Part shown: positions 1 to 8,299 of the stretch, piece by piece
Numbering within the stretch: position 1 is the stretch's first letter
Layout of the letters: the number at the start of each line of letters is the position of its first letter
Origin: Candidatus Omnitrophota bacterium
GTDB lineage: Bacteria; Omnitrophota; Gorgyraeia; JABMRG01; JAFGKX01
Assembly (NCBI GenBank): GCA_020354945.1
Contig: CP070655.1
Coordinates: forward strand, 1,028,037-1,039,104
DNA: 11,068 bases
Reading direction: 5' to 3'
Notes under the pieces: generated by a model
The model's input: the letters and a program-made list of their open reading frames with translations, nothing else
What the model was told of the DNA's origin: nothing
Databases searched by the model: none
Made by a program: the position numbers and the translations under genes

Positions 1-576
1 AGAAAGTTTAAGGGGGCAGTGATAAAAACAATTTCCGGGACCGATTTAATTGGAAAGATAGCTAAAGATTTTAAATTAGAGCTGTTAGAAACACCGGTTG
101 GCTTTAAGCATATATCCCAAATTATGTTGCACAAAGATGTTTTGATAGGTGGCGAGGAATCAGGAGGAATAGGATTTAAAGGTTATATTCCGGAAAGGGA
201 TGGTATAATTTCAGGACTTTTTCTTTTAGAGATGGTATCGGTAAGAAGAAAATCTATAGATAAAATAATGGACGACGTAAATAAAAAGTACGGTAACTTT
301 TACTATAATAGATTAGACTTAGACCTTTCTGTAAAAAGAGGTATGAAGGTAGTAAGTAACTTAAAGGAATCTGCTCCGCGTAAATTGTTAGGAAAGGAAA
401 TTTTGGAGATAAAGACTTACGATGGAATAAAATTTATTTTAAAAGAAGGGAACTGGCTGCTTATAAGACCTTCAGGCACAGAGCCTATACTAAGGATATA
501 TGCAGAAAGTTCGAAAAAATCAGATTTGAAGGCATTGCTTGATGCTGGCAGGAGGCTGGTAACCAAATGGAGCTAA
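1..576 (+). CDS. Phosphoglucomutase/phosphomannomutase family (alpha-D-phosphohexomutase), C-terminal part, 5'-truncated by the window
   Basis: Frame is open from position 1. It contains ETPVGFK, the sugar-binding loop GGEESGG, PERDG and the domain-IV motif IRPSGTEPILRIYAE. Confidence 0.93.
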   Translation, partial: RKFKGAVIKTISGTDLIGKIAKDFKLELLETPVGFKHISQIMLHKDVLIGGEESGGIGFKGYIPERDGIISGLFLLEMVSVRRKSIDKIMDDVNKKYGNFYYNRLDLDLSVKRGMKVVSNLKESAPRKLLGKEILEIKTYDGIKFILKEGNWLLIRPSGTEPILRIYAESSKKSDLKALLDAGRRLVTKWS

Positions 577-2360
577 CTCATATACGAAACTTCTGCATAA
601 TAGCACATATTGACCACGGTAAATCAACATTGGCTGATAGAATGATTCAATATACAGGAGCAGTTTCTAAAAGAGAATTCAGAGACTTGCTATTAGATGA
701 TATGGAATTAGAAAGGGAGCACGGCATAACCATTAAATCCTCTGCAATTATATTAAAATATAAAGCAAAAGACGGCAATGAATATTCATTGAATCTAATA
801 GATACTCCGGGACATGTAGATTTTACCTATGAGGTCTCAAAATCGATAGGGGCCTGTGAAGGGGCAATACTTTTAGTTGATGCAGCTCAAGGAGTGGAGG
901 CCCAGACGGTTGCCAATCTTTATATGGCTATAGAGCATAATCTTGCCATTATACCGGTAATAAATAAGATAGACCTTGCTAATGCCAGAATAGATGAAGC
1001 GAGAAAACAGATAAAGGATATTTTAGGTATTAAGGGAGAGGAGATAATTTTAGCCAGCGCAAAACACGGAACGAATTGTGATAAGATTCTGGAAAGAATA
1101 GTTACTAAAATACCGGCTCCTGTCGGAGATGTTAATAAACCGTTGCAGGCTTTAGTATTTGATTCTCAATTTGACCAGTATAAAGGAGCGATTGTTTATA
1201 TCAGAGTAGTTAACGGAAAGATTGCGCCAAAGATGAATATAAAATTTATGCAGACCGACAGAACTTTCGAGGTATTAGAAACAGGTGTTTTTAGACCCAG
1301 AATGTCTAAAGTAGATTGCCTTAATTGCGGAGAAGTCGGTTATTTTACAGCCAATATTCGCCAGGCCAAAGATGTAGTAGTTGGAGATACAGTTACCACC
1401 GTAACTTCCGGTTACCGGCAACCTTTGCCTGGATACAAAAAGGTAGCTCCTATGGTTTATTGCGGTATCTATCCCGTCAATAACAAGGATTTTCCCATGT
1501 TGCGTAATGCCGTGGAGAAATTGCGTCTATCGGATGCGTCCTTTGTCTATGAGCCGGAGAGCACCGGGTCAATTGGATTTGGTTTCCGCTGCGGTTTTTT
1601 AGGCCTGCTGCATATGCAGATTATACAGGAGAGATTAGAAAGGGAATATGATTTAAATCTTATAATAGCTACTCCCAGCGTAATCTATCAAATTACCACT
1701 GCTGACGGTAAGACCTTAGAAATAGATAACCCCGCAAAATTCCCTCCTCCGCAACAGATTAGGCAAATTGCCGAGCCTTTTGTGCGAGCCAATGTATTTA
1801 TCCCAAAAGATTCCCTGGGTGCAATTATGGAATTTTGTATACAAAGAAGGGGAGTTTATGTAAGCACTGAATACCTGACTACCGATAGAGTAAAGCTTAT
1901 CTATGATTTTCCGTTATCTGAAATTATAGTCGATTTTTATGATAAGCTAAAGTCTATGACCAGAGGATACGGTTCTCTGGATTATGAATTTTTAGAATTC
2001 CGACCGGGCAGATTGGTAAAACTGGATATGCTTATAAACGGCCAGTTGCACGAGGCATTATCATCGGTTGTCCATACCGAGAAAGCTCAAGTAAAGGGCA
2101 GGATGCTGGTCGAAAAATTCAAAGAACTTATTCCTCGTCAGTTATTCGAAGTAGTTGTGCAGGCAGTTATCGGCAGCAAGATTATTGCCAGGGCCTCAAT
2201 TAAGCCGCTTAAAAAGCATGTGACGGGAAAATGCTACGGCGGAGATATTACCAGAAAGAGAAAACTCTGGGAAAAGCAAAAGATGGGTAAGAAAAAGATG
2301 AAGCGCTTTGGAAAAGTGCAAATACCGCAGGAGGCATTCATAGCTGCATTGAAAATATAA
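567..2360 (+). CDS. lepA: Elongation factor 4 (LepA) GTPase
   Basis: 597 aa with IRNFCIIAHIDHGKSTLADR, LIDTPGHVDF, NKIDL, GFRCGFLGLLHM and C-terminal KCYGGDITRKRKLWEKQK. Start overlaps the upstream gene by 10 nt. Confidence 0.98.
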   Translation: MELTHIRNFCIIAHIDHGKSTLADRMIQYTGAVSKREFRDLLLDDMELEREHGITIKSSAIILKYKAKDGNEYSLNLIDTPGHVDFTYEVSKSIGACEGAILLVDAAQGVEAQTVANLYMAIEHNLAIIPVINKIDLANARIDEARKQIKDILGIKGEEIILASAKHGTNCDKILERIVTKIPAPVGDVNKPLQALVFDSQFDQYKGAIVYIRVVNGKIAPKMNIKFMQTDRTFEVLETGVFRPRMSKVDCLNCGEVGYFTANIRQAKDVVVGDTVTTVTSGYRQPLPGYKKVAPMVYCGIYPVNNKDFPMLRNAVEKLRLSDASFVYEPESTGSIGFGFRCGFLGLLHMQIIQERLEREYDLNLIIATPSVIYQITTADGKTLEIDNPAKFPPPQQIRQIAEPFVRANVFIPKDSLGAIMEFCIQRRGVYVSTEYLTTDRVKLIYDFPLSEIIVDFYDKLKSMTRGYGSLDYEFLEFRPGRLVKLDMLINGQLHEALSSVVHTEKAQVKGRMLVEKFKELIPRQLFEVVVQAVIGSKIIARASIKPLKKHVTGKCYGGDITRKRKLWEKQKMGKKKMKRFGKVQIPQEAFIAALKI

Positions 2361-2395
2361 TAGTTCGTAGTTCATTGTTCATAGTTCGTAGTTAA
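2361..2395 (+). repeat. Degenerate heptamer tandem repeat, 5 units
   Basis: TAGTTCG TAGTTCA TTGTTCA TAGTTCG TAGTTAA, immediately after the lepA stop codon. Confidence 0.85.
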
Positions 2396-2439
2396 GAAGG
2401 AAGCAAAACGGCAAAGATATTGAAAAATTGGAGTTATTT

Positions 2440-2988
2440 ATGAAATTAAATCCAAAAGTTAAACAGATTATTAGAGAATATGCAGAGGCCATTATAATCG
2501 CCTTTATTTTGGCCATGATTATAAGGACCTTTGTAGTCCAGGCCTTTAAAATTCCGACCGGTTCTATGAAACCCACCCTTATTGAAGGAGACAGAATCCT
2601 GGTGAATAAATTTATATATAGATTCAAAAACCCCGAGCGGGGGAATGTGATAGTTTTTAGATATCCTGAGAACCCAAAAAAGGATTTTATAAAACGCCTT
2701 ATAGCAAAACCCGGCGAGACAATCCAAATCATAGAAGGCAATATCTGGATAGATGGCGAATTGCTTGAAGAGCCGGAGCAGATTAGAAAGGTTTACTATT
2801 ATAATGAGGGTTTATACGGTAGAGAAGGAGAGAGAATCAGGGTGCCGCAGGATTGCTACTATGTCCTTGGTGACAACAGCGCCTCATCCAGAGATTCTAG
2901 GTACTGGGGATTTGTTGAGCAAAAGGATATTTTAGGAAAGGCCATGGTCATCTATTGGCCATTAACACGGATCCGCAAAGTAGAATAG
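2440..2988 (+). CDS. lepB: Signal peptidase I
   Basis: N-terminal TM segment, catalytic Ser box IPTGSMKPTL, Lys box DFIKRLIA and GDNSASSRDSRYWG; follows lepA as is common. ATG 2440 chosen over TTG 2428 because GGAG (2430-2433) sits 6 nt upstream. Confidence 0.95.
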   Translation: MKLNPKVKQIIREYAEAIIIAFILAMIIRTFVVQAFKIPTGSMKPTLIEGDRILVNKFIYRFKNPERGNVIVFRYPENPKKDFIKRLIAKPGETIQIIEGNIWIDGELLEEPEQIRKVYYYNEGLYGREGERIRVPQDCYYVLGDNSASSRDSRYWGFVEQKDILGKAMVIYWPLTRIRKVE

Positions 2989-2998
2989 CACCGTACAC

Positions 2999-3604
2999 AT
3001 GAGTCTGGCGAATAAGATAACAATTGTCAGGATATTACTAATCCCGTTTTTTATCACCTGTTTTATTTATTATAGTCCGGAATGGGATTTTTTAAGATTT
3101 ATAGCGCTTGCGATATTTGCAATATCAGCCTTAACCGATGCGATAGATGGTTATGTTGCTCGCAGATACTATCAGAAGACTAAATTGGGCACAGTCCTTG
3201 ACCCACTTGCTGATAAGCTACTTATAATCTCCGCCTTTATATGCTTGTCTATGGTAGCCGCCCTGCCGCAGGAGCTCAGAATTCCGCCTTGGGTTTCTGT
3301 TGTTGTAATAAGCAGAGACATTCTCATTGTTTTGGGCTTTTTTATAATGCACATGCTTATAGGGGAAATAGAGATTAAGCCAAGCATGCTTGGAAAAATT
3401 ACCGCAGCTTTTCAGATGATTACTATAATTGTAGTATTGCTGCAGCTTAGGTATTCCTATGTTATATGGACAGCGGCAGCGGCATTTACTACACTTTCCG
3501 GCATAGGTTATTTAATAAGAGCCAATCGAATATTAAATGAACCCCGCACCTTTGCTGAAGAGAGCAGGATAAACAGGAAAAAGGTGAGGGATGAATCCCG
3601 ATAA
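2999..3604 (+). CDS. pgsA: CDP-diacylglycerol--glycerol-3-phosphate 3-phosphatidyltransferase (CDP-alcohol phosphatidyltransferase family)
   Basis: ANKITIVRI start, signature DAIDGYVARR...LGTVLDPLADK, multiple TM segments. Context includes plsY and gpsA. Confidence 0.88.
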   Translation: MSLANKITIVRILLIPFFITCFIYYSPEWDFLRFIALAIFAISALTDAIDGYVARRYYQKTKLGTVLDPLADKLLIISAFICLSMVAALPQELRIPPWVSVVVISRDILIVLGFFIMHMLIGEIEIKPSMLGKITAAFQMITIIVVLLQLRYSYVIWTAAAAFTTLSGIGYLIRANRILNEPRTFAEESRINRKKVRDESR

Positions 3605-4928
3605 AGTCTCATCTGTGCCTGTAATAGCAATAGTAGGTTCCCCAAATGCAGGCAAATCCTCTCTTTTTAATCGGCTAACTGGCAAAAGAAAAGCTATTGT
3701 TGAACCTACTCCAGGAGTTACAAGAAATAGACTATCCGCGGATCTATCTATTCATGGTAAAAATGTAAAAGTTATAGATACAGGCGGTATTAAGGCCCGT
3801 TTAAAAGAAAAAATAGATCAGCTTGTCTATCAGCAGGTAGAACTTTCTCTTGATGAAGCAGACATAATATTATTTGTAACTGATGTAAGAACTGGCGCCA
3901 CACCAATAGATTACCACATAACTTCCTTATTGCGTAAATCATCTAAGAAAGTATTTTTATTGGTTAATAAAGTCGACAATAAAAGATTAGAAGAAGGAGT
4001 TTATGATTTTTATCAATTGGGTTTGGGAGAACCATATCCAATTTCTGCTCTACAAGGTTACGGCTTAGAGCTGCTTTTAGAAGATATAAGCAAATCATTA
4101 TTTGTTCATAAAAAAGAATATCCTGAAGAAGAGCGATTACCGAAAGAAGAGATAACCGCCGCGATAGTAGGAAGGCCAAATGTAGGAAAGTCCACATTCA
4201 TAAATGCATTGTTTAAAAAAGACGTGGTTATAGTCGATGAGACCCCGGGTACTACCAGAGACGCCGTGGATGTACATTTTGAATATGCTGATAAGGCCTT
4301 TATTTTAGTAGATACTGCCGGTATAAAACATAAGAGAAAACTAAGGAAACCGGTAGAAATTTTTAGCATAGCCCGTTCAAAAGAATCTATAAGAAGGGCA
4401 GAGGTTGCTCTGGTTATGCTCGACGCAGCAGAAGGCCTATGTGCGGATGATATAAAAATCATTGAATATGTAATAAAATGCGGTAAACCTTGCGCTATTA
4501 TAGTTAACAAATGGGACCTGGCAAAAGGGAGTAAACATTCGGATTATGAAACGGCTCTTAAAGAAAGGCTTAAATTATTGGAATGGATACCAATTCTTTT
4601 TATTAGCTGCCTTAAAGGAAAAAACTTACTCAACGTAATAGAATTGGCTTCTATGCTTAAACGAAGGGCGAATATAAGCATTAGGACTGCAGAACTTAAC
4701 AGATTATTAAAAGATATTCAGTCAGCCAAACGCCATCCATTGGTAGAAAATAAAAAGATAAATATATTTTATGGTACACAGACACAAATTGCACCGCCGG
4801 CCTTCACTCTGTTTTCTAATTATCCAAAATTAATAAAATCTGATTATTTAAATTTCTTAGAAAACAATATCAGATCGCAGTTTGGATTATTCGGCGTGCC
4901 GATTAGATTCAAATTGAGGGAAAGATGA
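3591..4928 (+). CDS. der: Ribosome biogenesis double GTPase Der (EngA)
   Basis: Two G-domains (GSPNAGKS/DTGG/NKVD and GRPNVGKS/GTTRD/DTAG/NKWD) plus a KH-like C-terminus ending FGLFGVPIRF. Confidence 0.96.
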   Translation: MNPDKVSSVPVIAIVGSPNAGKSSLFNRLTGKRKAIVEPTPGVTRNRLSADLSIHGKNVKVIDTGGIKARLKEKIDQLVYQQVELSLDEADIILFVTDVRTGATPIDYHITSLLRKSSKKVFLLVNKVDNKRLEEGVYDFYQLGLGEPYPISALQGYGLELLLEDISKSLFVHKKEYPEEERLPKEEITAAIVGRPNVGKSTFINALFKKDVVIVDETPGTTRDAVDVHFEYADKAFILVDTAGIKHKRKLRKPVEIFSIARSKESIRRAEVALVMLDAAEGLCADDIKIIEYVIKCGKPCAIIVNKWDLAKGSKHSDYETALKERLKLLEWIPILFISCLKGKNLLNVIELASMLKRRANISIRTAELNRLLKDIQSAKRHPLVENKKINIFYGTQTQIAPPAFTLFSNYPKLIKSDYLNFLENNIRSQFGLFGVPIRFKLRER

Positions 4929-5566
4929 TACAATTTATCGCTGCCATAATTATAGCCTATTTGATAGGTTCAATACCTACCAGTTACATTGCAGGCCGGG
5001 TAACTAAATGTATAGACATAAGGCAGTACGGCAGTGGCAATGTAGGCGCAACAAATACATTGAGGGTTCTTGGGAAAAAGATGGGCGCAGCAGTCCTTTT
5101 AATAGATATGGCCAAAGGTGCATTTTGTGTTATTGTTTTACCAGCTATATTTTTTAGCAACCAATTGCATATAAGCCTGCCAATATTTAAATCGTGTATA
5201 GCAGCTTTTGTTATTCTCGGTCATATATGGACAATCTTTCTAAAATTTAAAGGCGGAAAAGGGGTTGCTACAACTTGTGGTGTATTTTTGTCTCTCTCTA
5301 CTATACCAGCAATAATAGCTATTTTGATATGGTTTTTAACAGTTATCATAAGCAAATATGTATCATTATCTTCATTAATTATGATGGTTAGTTTACCGTT
5401 TTTAATACTGATATTTAAACAGCCCCGGGCATATTTGATTTTAAGCATAACATTATGTATTTTAATAAGTTACACACATAGAAGCAATATAAAAAGACTG
5501 ATTTATGGGCAGGAAAACAAAATCATAAAAAACAAGCCTAAGGGGTTGACAAAATCGCATTTATAG
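4925..5566 (+). CDS. plsY: Glycerol-3-phosphate 1-O-acyltransferase PlsY
   Basis: YLIGSIP, GSGNVGATN, GH...FKGGKGVAT and HRSNIKRL motifs; hydrophobic. ATGA overlap with the der stop. Confidence 0.96.
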   Translation: MIQFIAAIIIAYLIGSIPTSYIAGRVTKCIDIRQYGSGNVGATNTLRVLGKKMGAAVLLIDMAKGAFCVIVLPAIFFSNQLHISLPIFKSCIAAFVILGHIWTIFLKFKGGKGVATTCGVFLSLSTIPAIIAILIWFLTVIISKYVSLSSLIMMVSLPFLILIFKQPRAYLILSITLCILISYTHRSNIKRLIYGQENKIIKNKPKGLTKSHL

Positions 5567-5574
5567 TGTATAAT
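5546..5574 (+). promoter_or_regulatory. Consensus sigma70 promoter for the 5662/6098 genes
   Basis: TTGACA (5546-5551), 17 nt, TATAAT (5569-5574). The -35 lies in the last codons of plsY. Confidence 0.85.
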
Positions 5575-5661
5575 TATATATACAAAAAGCTGTATCTTTT
5601 TTTATAACAAATAATTAAATACTTTTAAAAATGAATTTAATATGGGAAGATAAGTAAAACC

Positions 5662-6081
5662 ATGAAAAAGACCCTAAAGGTAACAGTACTTATTATAATA
5701 ATGATGCTTCTGAATACCGCAACAGTAGAACCAGGGATTTTTGCACAATCCGGTTTAACTGATAGCAATGTTTTTGGGCATCTATGCAGTCTTCTCAAAA
5801 ACGCAAAAACCAGTGATCTTTCTTTTTGCCTGGGGCATATAAGAAATTCTAAAAATAGCAATCATGAGATAGCTAACTTTATATTGACATGGTCTCCGGA
5901 TGCGTATCGAAAACAGATTCCTTCGGTTTTCCGCTCAAAGATAGATAGAGTAATTAAGATATTGAGCACAATAGATTATGAGCAACTCATGATCGATATA
6001 GACCTTATAAAAAATTCTCAACTTACTGTTTCAGAAATGGTCAGGTTGATAAAAGGAACCAGTCTCTATAAAAAGGATTAA
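5662..6081 (+). CDS. Hypothetical exported protein, 139 aa
   Basis: ORF directly downstream of a perfect promoter. Basic N-terminus plus hydrophobic stretch (MKKTLKVTVLIIIMMLL) resembles a Sec signal peptide. No family recognised. Confidence 0.65.
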   Translation: MKKTLKVTVLIIIMMLLNTATVEPGIFAQSGLTDSNVFGHLCSLLKNAKTSDLSFCLGHIRNSKNSNHEIANFILTWSPDAYRKQIPSVFRSKIDRVIKILSTIDYEQLMIDIDLIKNSQLTVSEMVRLIKGTSLYKKD

Positions 6082-6097
6082 GGATTAAGGGGCAATA

Positions 6098-7513
6098 ATG
6101 AGTAAATTCTGCAAAGGATTTTTTATCGGCTTTTTATTTTTTTTATTTATTACTCAAAATACAGCGGCCGAGCCCTATAATCCATATCTAACCCGAGATT
6201 TAGAATCAGAGAAAGGGATTGTTTATGAAAAAGACATCGTAAATGCCGAGAGAGGAAAAACACGGACAAAGAGAGACGGTTGGATAGAATCTGAAAGAGG
6301 TGCCTATACAAAATCGAGCACCTCCTTTTATTTTTCAGACCTTTACTTTGACTTAGGCCAGATTGTTTCAGAACAAGCAATTTTTGATAAAAAAGGAAGG
6401 CCAGTAAAATCCAGCCAGATAATACGCGACCCCGCCAGCCCCAATATTTCACAACAGAGATTATTGAACAATATAGAATATAATCAGAATGGTAAACCGG
6501 TAAGTTATAAAGAGGAGATATTTATTACTGCCAAGGATTATTTAACAGATACTATAGTGAGGTTGCTTTCGACAACGGACGTTTACAAAGTCGAATACAG
6601 CGATTCAGGAAAACCCGTTACTATTTTGGGCAACACAGAAATTATTATCAGTGACGATAAAGGTAACACCTTGCTTACTATAAAAGGCTCATTTACCAAA
6701 CGAGCCAAATGCGACCTTAATGGAAAGATCATCGGATACTACAGATACGGCATTGATAATATTGTAGTAGCGGATGGAGCAGGCGAGATTGTTATAACCG
6801 CGCCACCATTGTTAACTGATACGGAAGATATTGATAAACACCGCGTAGGTATCGTAAGCATAACGGATGAGGCGTACCTGCGGCAAATTTTAAATAGCCA
6901 CCAGTTTATTAATCAGTTATTAGCAAAATTCGGCCTGGCTGAATTATTCTATAAGGCATTTTATACAGAGAAGTTTTACACATCATTGACTTATCTGGAG
7001 ATTGAAAATACACCGGAAGAAGTAATGAGTTTAAAAAATATAACCCTTGCATTTAAAGATTTGATTAAAGAAAGACAAAAAGCTTATGCCTTATTCCGGA
7101 ACGATGTCGATACTTATTATGAGGAATTAGCTAAAACCTTATTTGAGAATACCGGACTTTGGTGGGATAAAACTATTAAACCCCAGGAATATTATGCAGG
7201 CGATGATGAAATTTTAAGCAAGCAGGAATACAGAAAGATGATTGACGACGCTATTATTTCTTTATCATCGAAGATGGATACCTTGACCGCTGCAACAAGC
7301 TTGCCCCGGCAGATACTTTCACTCGAGCAGTATTTACGCACACAGATGATTATGAACTCAAAACTCATTTATATACAGAATCTAAAAAATGCAGTCTCTG
7401 ATATGAACAAAAAAATGTCATTTGTTATACAGGACCTTAGCAGGCCGGTATTGATTCATAGAAAAAATCACATAGAAGCATTGATTGTCCTTCCGGAAAA
7501 GGACCATCGTTAA
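6098..7513 (+). CDS. Hypothetical secreted protein, 471 aa, with YD/RHS-like beta-hairpin motifs in the N-half and a helical-looking C-half
   Basis: Long ORF with RBS AAGGGG (6087-6092) and signal peptide MSKFCKGFFIGFLFFLFITQNTAA|EP. Repeated motifs FDKKGRPV, YNQNGKPV, YSDSGKPV, CDLNGKII. Confidence 0.8.
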   Translation: MSKFCKGFFIGFLFFLFITQNTAAEPYNPYLTRDLESEKGIVYEKDIVNAERGKTRTKRDGWIESERGAYTKSSTSFYFSDLYFDLGQIVSEQAIFDKKGRPVKSSQIIRDPASPNISQQRLLNNIEYNQNGKPVSYKEEIFITAKDYLTDTIVRLLSTTDVYKVEYSDSGKPVTILGNTEIIISDDKGNTLLTIKGSFTKRAKCDLNGKIIGYYRYGIDNIVVADGAGEIVITAPPLLTDTEDIDKHRVGIVSITDEAYLRQILNSHQFINQLLAKFGLAELFYKAFYTEKFYTSLTYLEIENTPEEVMSLKNITLAFKDLIKERQKAYALFRNDVDTYYEELAKTLFENTGLWWDKTIKPQEYYAGDDEILSKQEYRKMIDDAIISLSSKMDTLTAATSLPRQILSLEQYLRTQMIMNSKLIYIQNLKNAVSDMNKKMSFVIQDLSRPVLIHRKNHIEALIVLPEKDHR

Positions 7514-7525
7514 AAGAGAAGATTT

Positions 7526-7573
7526 AAAAATGGGTGGCTGTTGCTAATTTTGTAGTAGCAGCCGCCATTTTTT
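7526..7573 (+). terminator. Intrinsic terminator after the 471-aa gene
   Basis: AAAAATGGGTGGCTGTTGCTA / TAGTAGCAGCCGCCATTTTTT long stem (3 G-U pairs, one bulge), loop ATTTTG, T-tract. Confidence 0.8.
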
Positions 7574-7574
7574 A

Positions 7575-7583
7575 TGTTATAAT
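7575..7583 (+). promoter_or_regulatory. Possible extended -10 sigma70 promoter for the ECF operon
   Basis: TG-t-TATAAT directly after the terminator. No good -35 at 17 nt spacing. Confidence 0.5.
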
Positions 7584-7649
7584 ATGCAACGTAACTTATT
7601 TGTCATCTTTTGGTTAGGGATAAAAAAATGATAAAATTTTTACAAAATA

Positions 7650-7689
7650 TGGAATATTTTGCCCTTTTTTGTGTTTTATATATTGGAAG
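7650..7689 (+). promoter_or_regulatory. Putative ECF sigma-dependent autoregulatory promoter (copy 1)
   Basis: TGGAATA-N10-TTTTGTGTT-T-TATATA, i.e. GGAAT-N17-GTT, just upstream of the likely sigma start at 7706. A second copy with identical spacing lies at 9731-9770. Confidence 0.7.
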
Positions 7690-7705
7690 GCTTAAAAGCG
7701 AAGAT

Positions 7706-8293
7706 ATGCCGCCTTCTTTTGATGTCGACGATGAATTAGTCGCCAAAGCCAAAAAAGGAGACAGGCGGGCATTTGATGAATTGTACAATAAATACAAGCG
7801 CCCCATACTCAATTACATTTATAGATTAACCGGCGATTTTCATCAGGCAGAAGAATTAACACATGAAACATTTATAAGGGTTTACACAAATATTGACCGT
7901 TATATAAAAAAGGCGAAGTTTTCTTCGTGGGTTTACACAATAGCCGGAAATCTAACAAAGAATTTTTTAAGGGACAGAAGTTATATAGAAAAGGTTTCCA
8001 TTGACAAAAAGATTGCTAAAGAAGAAGGCGAAATCTCCCTTCTGGATGTAATTGCTGATGAAACGAAAAGACCGGATGACCAGATCTTAAAGAAGGAGAA
8101 AGAAAGATTGATTCAGCGAGGCATAGACAAGTTAAAACCAAAGCATAAGCAGGTGATAATATTGTGTGATATTCAAGGGTTATCATATGAAGATGCGGCC
8201 GGGATTTTAAAATGCCCGCCGGTTACTGTAGGAAGCCGCCTTTCAAGGGCCAGGGAGAACTTAGCAAGGATTTTAAGGTTTTATGAAAGATAG
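7706..8293 (+). CDS. ECF RNA polymerase sigma-70 factor (RpoE/SigW-like)
   Basis: DDELVAKAKKGDRRAFDELY, region 2 AEELTHETFIRVY...FSSWVYTIAGN, region 4 GLSYEDAAGILKCPPVTVGSRLSRARE. Start set at ATG 7706 because the longer track ORF (7610) runs through promoter-like AT-rich DNA. Confidence 0.93.
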   Translation: MPPSFDVDDELVAKAKKGDRRAFDELYNKYKRPILNYIYRLTGDFHQAEELTHETFIRVYTNIDRYIKKAKFSSWVYTIAGNLTKNFLRDRSYIEKVSIDKKIAKEEGEISLLDVIADETKRPDDQILKKEKERLIQRGIDKLKPKHKQVIILCDIQGLSYEDAAGILKCPPVTVGSRLSRARENLARILRFYER

Positions 8294-8299
8294 AGGTTA

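Noticed and set aside
2379-2741. Minus-strand ORFs (120 aa and 93 aa) opposite lepB, and similar antisense ORFs at 3172-3387, 3964-4510, 5221-5448, 5637-5861, 6150-6452, 7603-7812, 8281-8463 and 10014-10652
   Set aside because: They are shadows of better-supported + strand genes, with no recognisable motifs.
2753-2935. 60-aa alternative-frame ORF inside lepB
   Set aside because: Fully nested in the conserved peptidase domain, with no independent evidence.
6073-6090. AAGGATT AAGGATT AAGG short duplication at the junction of the two unknown genes
   Set aside because: Only 2.5 units, explained by the stop codon plus RBS. Not a target-site duplication, since nothing lies between the copies.
7610-7705. 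N-terminal extension of the sigma ORF in the track
   Set aside because: AT-rich, contains the duplicated promoter motif, and sigma homology begins only after Met at 7706.
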